Virus record (IMG/VR): IMGVR_UViG_3300020177_001482
Span: 24,898 to 88,897 of that record
DNA from: a virus
Direction: 5' to 3' (one strand)
DNA: 64,000 nucleotides
Shown: positions 58,301-64,000 of the stretch, piece after piece
How positions within the stretch are numbered: the stretch's first letter is position 1
Layout of the letters: each line of letters opens with the position of its first letter
Notes under the pieces: generated by a model
The model's input: only the letters and a program-made list of their open reading frames with translations
Told to the model about the DNA's origin: nothing
Database searches by the model: none
Translations under genes and position numbers: made by a program

Positions 58301-61300
58301 AGGATGTCACCGTTGTCGTTAACCTGAATCCTGTGTCCGAATCTCTGTCCTGAACCACCTGCTGGTGATTCTATGGTGTAGTCCTGTGTCCAAGTGTCGT
58401 ATGTTGATCCGTCTGCACCCACTCCCCATGTGTACATGTACACCCGACCCCTGTCGTTGTCATGACCTGGTGCGGAAACGAAAAGATATTTGTCTGCTGT
58501 TGTCCTTGTTGAAGTGGTTCCTGGTTCTGAAATCTTGTGTGACCACCCAAAGTTGGCATCCTCATTCAATGTTGATCCATCGGTTGGTGCCCTCACTGTG
58601 TCAAGTATACCGTACTTGAATGTGCTTGGATCCCATATGTAAATTTTAATCAGTCCCGAGTCAATGAATCTAGTGCTTCCGTCGGCCCCAACCGCATTGG
58701 CATATGGTGCTCCTGCTACCACAAAGTTCTCATCTGTACTCATTGATAGAGACTCACCCAACCTGCTGGTGTTATCGTCGTTGTCGGTCATAGTGGCCGT
58801 TGACTGTGTCTGTAGAGTGGTTCCTGGTTCCGCTGAACTTCTGAACTGGAAGTGTACCTCGCCTTGCCCTTTGCCTGGTGCTGATACTACCACTGTCCTT
58901 CCATCGTTACGTGCAACAATCCTGTGTCCAAACTCCTGTTCCGCAGTGCTGGCATCTGGGGATAGGACTAATCCTGTGGTGTATGGATCCTGTTTCTCAT
59001 ACACACGCCACAGTCCCGAACTGTCCGCGTCAGCGAACACTTTGTCTCCTGGTTGTTCTATTGCGTCATTCTTATCAGTGTACTGATCGTATTCCAACAG
59101 GTCATTGACGTTATCCATTGACGCTAACCTAACAGATACAAACTTGTAGATGTTTCCATAACTGTCCGCTGTGGATCCATCTTCCAGTGCAGGTATAAAT
59201 CCAACATTGCCATCATAATCTATGATCACCGTCTTGTGGTCTGGTGTTGCACTGACCTGATACACACCGTTTAGTGTTGATTCCTCACTGTTTGATATGC
59301 CAAAGTAATCTGCCTGTGTTGTTGTGGTGCCCGCACTCAAATTGTGAGAATCGGTGAATGTTATCTCCAACTGTGTTGCATCGTTGATAAGATTTAATGT
59401 TGCTATTTTGATTCCTGCACTCGTAATCCTTAACACGTCCCAGTCTCGGTTGCTCTTGTTGGCAATCCATATTAGGTCATTTGTTGTTATGGCGTTTATG
59501 TCGAGATTCAGTATCTCGTCTATGTTGAACGCAGTGTGTTGTACCTGTTGCAGTTGAGGATATCCTGCAGTCTTGAAGACTTGTGCTGTGTCCCTACTGA
59601 CACCTTCCTTGGTGTAGTCCAATCTCTTGAATGTGGTTGATGCCGTGTACTCAACCGGCTTGTAGTAGAAATTGTCTTTGACTATGGCGTCTGATCTCGC
59701 ATATTCAACGGTGTCCGATGATATATCAAGTAATTCTATACTCTGCGGATCTGCTGTTATCTCATCATCTTTCAATGTGATCTGTATGTTCTCTATGGAA
59801 TCTGTGTTACCAAAGTTACCCGTACGTATCATCCATTCAGGATAAAGATCAAGTGTGATGTCCTCTCCCTCATACTTGGCCTTCAATATCTTGTCTATAG
59901 CGTTCTGTGTGCCTTTCTCCCTGATGTATCCTTGATAGAACTTGTACTGCGACACATCATTGACGAAAAGGTTCTCCAAGTAGTCCCTGCTCTGATATCC
60001 AGTCAGCCTCTGTGCCAATTGCTGTTGTGATTCATCGAAGTTGTTGGTTTCTAGTTCATAGAAATCATTGAACTGTGCTATCTTGTACTCGAAGTTGGGT
60101 ATCAACTGTGGTGCTGGTTTCTCATCTTTGAGTGTCCAGTTGGTTTTTTCGAAAGTGGCACCGGAGTTGTGATTGGTTTTTGCCACATAGAACTTGCCTT
60201 GGTATTCAACACTGTCACCTATCCTGTAGTCTGTGTTTGCAAGCCAATATGTGACCTGTGCGGCGTCAAACACGAAGCCTGGTGCGTAGTAGTCTCCATT
60301 CCATCCTGCTGTTTTCCAACCCACTAGTTTCAGTCTCTGTTGTCTAAATCCTGTGAATGTGTCATAGATAATGTCTGAGAACACTGTGCTATTGTCCAAC
60401 AATAATACGTGTTCCTTCTGTACGGTGTTCAGTGCTATGTTGTAAAGACCCACTGTGTCTGATTTAATCCCCAGTTCAAAAGTCTTGCCAATTCGCTTGG
60501 TAGATATCCCACTGATGTCAATCTTTCTACCGCCCGAGTCTAGCAGTGAATAGTCACCTGCCAGGTTCCTCAGTTTTCCCACAATGCTGTTGTTGGTGTC
60601 TAGTTCGAATCCATCCGCGGCTGGAGAAACGGTTATCGCTGATCCTGGTGACCATTCCTGTGTGGTCCAGAATAAAAATTCACGTACAGCGTTTGACCAG
60701 TTCAGTGTTTCTTTCAGTTCGTTCGAGAACTTGTTGAATCGGAATCCTTGTGATTCAAGCCATTGTCCATAGCCAAACAAGAAGTCTGCAACGTCCTGAA
60801 TGGTGTCAAACACGTGACCATATGGTATGGTCTGTGTTGTTTCTTGATATGCAGTGTACTGCTCTACCACCATTGATCCCTCAACGGACACTGCTGTCGC
60901 TGTGGTGGTCTTGACCGGATAGTTGAAATTGAAGTAAGGTTTAGTAGTACTGTATCCTAACACTTTGTATCCGCCCAGTATTGTAGAACCATCCTGGCTG
61001 ATATCTGTGTTCTTCTCTATCAGCACACCGGAATATTGGAAACTCTCTACAGGGTTTGAAGTCCTGAAAAGTATCTTGTAGTTCTCGTCTGGTATGAATT
61101 TTGAACCAGACTTTGAACCTGGTGAAACACTATCAGTAAGAATTTTTATATTGTCCTTGTCCGTGAAGCCACCCAACTTGTATGCCAACTGCACAGACAG
61201 GTTCTTCATCTTGTCGTAGTAGAATGTCTTGGTGTCTAGGTTCCTCGATATCAGGTAGTTGACCACGAAAGGTTGGTATCCCGCCGTTTGGTATCTGGTT

Positions 61301-63999
61301 GTCACTCCCGTTGCTAGATTTGTTTCTGTCTCCAAGTGATATCTTGCTGTTGCCAGTGTTTTCCTTAAACCCGTTTCTGTGTAGATTTGATTTCCAGCGA
61401 CGTTGGTTGTCAGCCTCGATGGATCAAAGAGGTTAGAGAAGAATTTTGCCGGTTTAGTCAACGCCAGAGTTTTCATCACCGTAAACGGGTAAGCACTCGA
61501 CCTCCTCCATGACGTCTCCGCTGGTGCTTGATCTCCAAACTTCCAGGCGTTCTGTCTTCCCGGTATGTCAAAGTCGTCAACAAGTCCCGCCGCCAATGGA
61601 TCCAGTAGGTTACCCGATGCGTCAACAGGTAGGTAGTCCCTGATCGAAGGCTTGCCGTATCTGCCAGGTTCCGTTGCTATCGCATTCCAAAGCACATCGT
61701 TGCCAGATGTGTATGGTGCGGTGCCGTAAGTGTCATCCCACTCTGTGGGCTTCTCCGAATGGCCCAGCATCTCCCATGGTCTCACATGTGGAGCGTCCGT
61801 GTCATAGAAATATTTGTAAATGCCCCTCCAGTGTCCTGGCAGGTTCTCGCCTATCAATCTACCTTTCGATTTAGCATAGTTGTACGTGAAAGGTGATCCT
61901 TCTGAGAACGACGTGTTGTTGATGTACTGGACGTTGTTACGACCCGCCCACTGATAGAAATCCGGTCCCATCACGCTATCCACTTCTTGTAAGTTGTATT
62001 CTGTTGACGTGAAAGCACTTGGTGACACATCATGTATATCAATCAAAGACGCATCATAGTCGACTTTTATGTTGTTGTATATCCTTTTCTCAAGTTCCAG
62101 TATTAATTCATCTCGCTCGTCACCGTATGCCTTGATTATCGATCCATCGTGCTTCCTTATCACTGCGGTATCAGTCAAATAGGTTGTGTCTGTGAACGCC
62201 TCAGGAATGAACTTGGGATACATTCCCAGTTTGGTGGGTGACGGTGGCATGTAACTGCCTGTGGTGTCAGCGTAGTCCTTGATCTCGATCTTGTCGCCCT
62301 CTGCTAGAGTTTTAGTAATGTTGACGCTGTCGTCTGTGGTGCTGAAAGTGTAATCTATGCCCAACAATAACTGCACACCATTAAGGTACACGTAGACCGC
62401 CCTGTTGCTCAAAGAGGTAATGTCGTGTTGTGAGTCCAATGCATAGTCTGTCTGTGATGAACCCATCACTGTGTATGATCTAGTCGATACGTTTTCTCCC
62501 CAACCCACCATGTCCTCGTAGAAGAACGGGAAGGTGTTGTTCCTGCCTGGTGTGATGGCTGTGATTATCTCATCAACCCTGTCCGCGGCCACTCCCTCGT
62601 ATGCTGTGCCTGTTGCGTGTGTGAGAAATGCATTGTACCATTTCTCATACTCCTGGTTCACATAATCTGTTGCTGTGAAGAAGTTGCTTTCCTGGTCTAT
62701 GGCGCCAAAAATAGCAGGAAGCAATGGTGCCTCGTGCTGGTGTATGCTACCACCTTTCAACCTCGCATCTGGTTTGTCCCTCAGGTTTGACACACCAGGT
62801 ATAGCACCAGTGACATCCTGATTCTTTTCAAAGATGTCTTTGACATGGTTCAAGATCTGGCCAAACGTGAATGTGCCCAACTGCTGGTTGAGACTGTTTG
62901 TCGCAAGGTTTTCTGGTATCTCGTAGATGCCTTTGTCAGCCACCTTGTCGGCACTGCTGTATGCGGCTATCCTGATCTGATCATTTACTTCCAGTGATTT
63001 GTTGAATTTTACGTATTTGTTTTTTGTTCCTGTCTCTATTGTGTAATCTGTTGTAAGTGTCTTCCTTGAACCGTTGACAGACACTGATACTTCAAGATCA
63101 GTTAGGTCCGCCGAATCCTTGTAGAAGTCGATCGGGAACAACTGCTTCTCGGTTGCGTCGACTATGAATGTACGTATCACACGTTGTTTACTTTCCGCGG
63201 TCCTTTTTATCCAAGCACTACGTGAATTGTGTGTTGACCTACCTGTGGTGTAGTGTAGGTGTCCCTCGGCCAAGTTCTTCGTTATCGTCGAAGTTCCACT
63301 CTTGTAAGTGAACGTACCTGATGTGTGGTCCGAATCAAACACTATATCTCCCACGTTGTTGATGGTGTTGTACTTGACTTTGATTCCCAGTACAGTATCA
63401 GTGGTCGCTGTGTCTGACGTGGCAAAGGCAAAAACCTTTGCTCCCGCGAAAGTCGAGTTTGGATATGTTGTGGCATCGTCGAAAGGTGTGTGATCGTTGT
63501 CAAACATTGAGAACAACGGTTGTTGGTTCACTCCTGTCTTCTCCTGTGCTTGTATGAATGACTCTGTGGTGCTGTCATAACGGAAAGTCTTTCCTTGGTT
63601 CGTTGTCCCGAACTCTATGAATATCGAATCATTGTCAGTTGGTGTGGCATCCGATGCCTCTGTCAAGTTTATGACCTGTGTTGAGTCTCCCGCTGTTACA
63701 AAGTTAACATCATAGATCTTGTTCTTTACCAAAGGATCAGTGTCTGCCGCAAACACCACCCTCATTCCGTCCGCTAATGCAAGTCCATCCACAATGTAAC
63801 CAGTCTGTTTGACCACTGAGCTGAATGCGTCCGTTGTCACTGTGTCATAGAGCGTCACAGATTTTTTGGCCACTGTGCCGTGGTTGTAAAGTGCCAATCC
63901 AGAATCAAATTCTATTATGGGCCTCTTGGCCCTGTCGTCTTCGTTCAGTGTTGGTGTGAAACCACCGATCCTCGCTGTCTCCTCTATTATGGATCTATG
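52360..63999 (-). CDS. Giant (>3,870 aa) virion/baseplate protein, N-terminus beyond the window
   Basis: Frame stays open past 63897 to the edge; FG-GAP-like repeats (VSAPG, GAPY, GAPG, GAPK), GDGSTxTF repeats, Thr/Asp-rich. Confidence 0.85.
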   Translation of the reverse strand, partial: HRSIIEETARIGGFTPTLNEDDRAKRPIIEFDSGLALYNHGTVAKKSVTLYDTVTTDAFSSVVKQTGYIVDGLALADGMRVVFAADTDPLVKNKIYDVNFVTAGDSTQVINLTEASDATPTDNDSIFIEFGTTNQGKTFRYDSTTESFIQAQEKTGVNQQPLFSMFDNDHTPFDDATTYPNSTFAGAKVFAFATSDTATTDTVLGIKVKYNTINNVGDIVFDSDHTSGTFTYKSGTSTITKNLAEGHLHYTTGRSTHNSRSAWIKRTAESKQRVIRTFIVDATEKQLFPIDFYKDSADLTDLEVSVSVNGSRKTLTTDYTIETGTKNKYVKFNKSLEVNDQIRIAAYSSADKVADKGIYEIPENLATNSLNQQLGTFTFGQILNHVKDIFEKNQDVTGAIPGVSNLRDKPDARLKGGSIHQHEAPLLPAIFGAIDQESNFFTATDYVNQEYEKWYNAFLTHATGTAYEGVAADRVDEIITAITPGRNNTFPFFYEDMVGWGENVSTRSYTVMGSSQTDYALDSQHDITSLSNRAVYVYLNGVQLLLGIDYTFSTTDDSVNITKTLAEGDKIEIKDYADTTGSYMPPSPTKLGMYPKFIPEAFTDTTYLTDTAVIRKHDGSIIKAYGDERDELILELEKRIYNNIKVDYDASLIDIHDVSPSAFTSTEYNLQEVDSVMGPDFYQWAGRNNVQYINNTSFSEGSPFTYNYAKSKGRLIGENLPGHWRGIYKYFYDTDAPHVRPWEMLGHSEKPTEWDDTYGTAPYTSGNDVLWNAIATEPGRYGKPSIRDYLPVDASGNLLDPLAAGLVDDFDIPGRQNAWKFGDQAPAETSWRRSSAYPFTVMKTLALTKPAKFFSNLFDPSRLTTNVAGNQIYTETGLRKTLATARYHLETETNLATGVTTRYQTAGYQPFVVNYLISRNLDTKTFYYDKMKNLSVQLAYKLGGFTDKDNIKILTDSVSPGSKSGSKFIPDENYKILFRTSNPVESFQYSGVLIEKNTDISQDGSTILGGYKVLGYSTTKPYFNFNYPVKTTTATAVSVEGSMVVEQYTAYQETTQTIPYGHVFDTIQDVADFLFGYGQWLESQGFRFNKFSNELKETLNWSNAVREFLFWTTQEWSPGSAITVSPAADGFELDTNNSIVGKLRNLAGDYSLLDSGGRKIDISGISTKRIGKTFELGIKSDTVGLYNIALNTVQKEHVLLLDNSTVFSDIIYDTFTGFRQQRLKLVGWKTAGWNGDYYAPGFVFDAAQVTYWLANTDYRIGDSVEYQGKFYVAKTNHNSGATFEKTNWTLKDEKPAPQLIPNFEYKIAQFNDFYELETNNFDESQQQLAQRLTGYQSRDYLENLFVNDVSQYKFYQGYIREKGTQNAIDKILKAKYEGEDITLDLYPEWMIRTGNFGNTDSIENIQITLKDDEITADPQSIELLDISSDTVEYARSDAIVKDNFYYKPVEYTASTTFKRLDYTKEGVSRDTAQVFKTAGYPQLQQVQHTAFNIDEILNLDINAITTNDLIWIANKSNRDWDVLRITSAGIKIATLNLINDATQLEITFTDSHNLSAGTTTTQADYFGISNSEESTLNGVYQVSATPDHKTVIIDYDGNVGFIPALEDGSTADSYGNIYKFVSVRLASMDNVNDLLEYDQYTDKNDAIEQPGDKVFADADSSGLWRVYEKQDPYTTGLVLSPDASTAEQEFGHRIVARNDGRTVVVSAPGKGQGEVHFQFRSSAEPGTTLQTQSTATMTDNDDNTSRLGESLSMSTDENFVVAGAPYANAVGADGSTRFIDSGLIKIYIWDPSTFKYGILDTVRAPTDGSTLNEDANFGWSHKISEPGTTSTRTTADKYLFVSAPGHDNDRGRVYMYTWGVGADGSTYDTWTQDYTIESPAGGSGQRFGHRIQVNDNGDILAVSSLAPGNAGKVEIFIKTSQSNDGSTQNSFTLAQTITGVASDGSSINTAFGESIAMSKDGTTLIIGAPGVDGTAHPDAGAIYYYKWNADDSTNTYTLQQTISAPSSSTNMKFGTSLDINNAGTRLIIGAENFASSREMKFDAGETTFDLQDTTIVDSNTGSGGAFTATMYNTKFVVDDRLMADNVTADDDFGRGVCVIDNSVFVGAPKDDGNTTSDGSTKVVNDGTVACYDLTVNGQYAWKNLVSETPLMDTDKLGKVFEFNKKTKQIRDYYDLYDPIKGRILGIADREINIKTAWDPATYNVGDKANIKTPWADTHIGEVWWDLSTVKWLWYEQDTQEYKHNHWGQTFPGSSIDVYEWVESRLLPSEWNTRAEGIGSTISGTALYGDDSNYTVVQKYDSRLDSFVNFYYYWVKGKTTLPANRLDGDKHIHQHRKNTVAFVANLIANPRAFDYKYYSITDTNKLLLNNISNLTNDDVVLNVDIRTNTFEGDSHSVWKLVREGDADYRPGQQIETRWWDSLIGKNSAGDIVPDLNLPLNERYGNNIRPRQSWYVDRYDALKEIIDYANSVLKKNQLVGQVNLTNLDSQDPEPTAQSGEWDASVDTYAELTYVNTTDISGTTNYLVKADETANNYWAIYTWDGTEWSRTKIQTYNTSAYWRYTDWYKTDGDMVHDENTKIDKQVTYQYELDTLDLAIGKHVNVTSADTGGWKLFMRTADGWENVGTENGTIRLSTRLYDYSQDASGFAGQDNFDDNFFDQEPSTETRKVLTALRDDLFINDLAGEYNTLFFTGLRKVLSEQTYVDWMFKTSFINAKNSVRQLDQRKTYTTGTDSWIESYINEVKPFHTKLREYKLGYDKTETQDGIFSDFDNPTFYDATTGKIRSLNVDSDTAKLTEYPYQMWYDYHKKYVQSITVTAGGSGYEVAPTVTIVGGTTGSTGPFQIQATSSSGATSGQFGYYYPLFTSEKQAEIYDTQNSGSGTTKTYTFDGYTDTFYGPTASVRESESDKSGTFKMYVTPATTAATATAIIQGGAVTKINVTGIGANYTATPTVIISGGKIDGTTPTDTAKAYANLNNDLVRDFDTTIKFDRVSSTSRVVDWVASTSYAYNDLIRYNNELYKVTNAFTSSTDFDDNIGSVYKVYGNETGLTAADRTKGFYTPGSGMPGNELDQVMTGVDYGGTMVTGLIFSQEAGWDKSGWYDFPWDNYGGSRVKAFRADGSTTAYTFDTAPASTDVYQVYLTQDDSTRKKLSDVIRGDGSTATFTISETPEANALVEFIPFDDDGVLTPTDDRTLDSIIKGGLFTSALGHAPSDIVLEGDDFVSPDTSYAPEEVIPGQLFDTLDIKVYTSPESGVPFISEMNHRGNGSTTTFSIGDYPGTLGSVTVSVNGSVKKSTTDYSVNVANKTITFTSAPANNSVISTRVFAISGENYRVLNTFTGDGSTTTFLTSTRGEFNLDSTSSDMYVTIDGVPTTAYTTTTAANTITVIFDSAPAASSYIQIAGFNKSATSTRSYASVRNQTITYDGSTNRHTLTYPPGAIGPFSGLTTVEVNGRVLRGPDNTYYVGDGSTYTYGVVSGLEDDSTVDPAKTITTASQVQVFVNGTKKDLNTDYTVDIGNQNIEFVTASVPTSTDVICISTLVDNQYYNEGTDIILVPSAITSPYSLTASDVLSVTTFNNALGMKQRREVLEGRPSGVFKLRFDTLNAGYTYVWLNGEQLVQGSDYLVSGNTITVYGKTITSSDRLDVMYFAIESATGATGFRIFKDMMNRTFYKRISKTGTTKLTVDMTAGTQTITVEDASVLPTPNASANLPGVIFIDKERIEYFTKSGNTLGQLRRGTLGTGIKEHGSGTEVVDASGTQTIPYADTVYTNTFTGDGSTATFALSQAPSSASELDIFIGGQRLLLTSEDGSTINYSVDGSTTAVTLSTAPASGTQIKILHKKGQVWYTALDGNPADGKGLQASSTQQAKFIANEPTNAPE

Positions 64000-64000
64000 G

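Noticed and set aside
1-64000. CRISPR arrays, tRNA/rRNA genes, integrase or transposase
   Set aside because: Intergenic gaps are under about 100 nt, and no repeat-spacer, cloverleaf or recombinase motifs were seen by eye.
1-64000. Stop-codon reassignment as in some large phages
   Set aside because: Genes are full length in code 11, and TAA, TAG and TGA all end coupled genes.

Overview
A 64-kb slice of a large (probably jumbo) tailed dsDNA phage genome, standard genetic code, with tightly packed and translationally coupled genes. The + strand arm (1-27179) carries replication genes (family-B polymerase truncated at the left edge, probable sliding clamp, RNase H/FEN-type exonuclease) and a 7-deazaguanine locus (TGT/DpdA-like, QueD-like, FolE, QueE, YhhQ; no QueC in the window). 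That locus has a GT-B glycosyltransferase, GalE, GMP reductase, a purine PRTase and a rubrerythrin/peroxiredoxin/CDGSH-like redox module embedded in it, and is followed by a MoxR-like AAA+/VWA pair. The - strand arm (27145-64000) carries virion genes: a >3,870-aa protein truncated at the right edge and paralogous tail/baseplate proteins. These run directly into a ~18.5-kb tailoring cluster: four GT-A-like proteins, five tandem N-terminal twitch/SPASM radical-SAM enzymes, two SGNH-like proteins, a carbamoyltransferase, a DegT aminotransferase, a 2OG-Fe(II)-type oxygenase, and a convergent PIG-L deacetylase and NDP-sugar epimerase. The most interesting signals are the radical-SAM/glycosylation cluster beside a giant virion protein with at least 15 D-G-S-T motifs, a QueC-less deazaguanine locus with a glycosyltransferase, repeated promoter-N5-7-ATG (leaderless) architecture, and strong avoidance of GCWGC. 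All calls come from motif recognition by eye; no searches were run.
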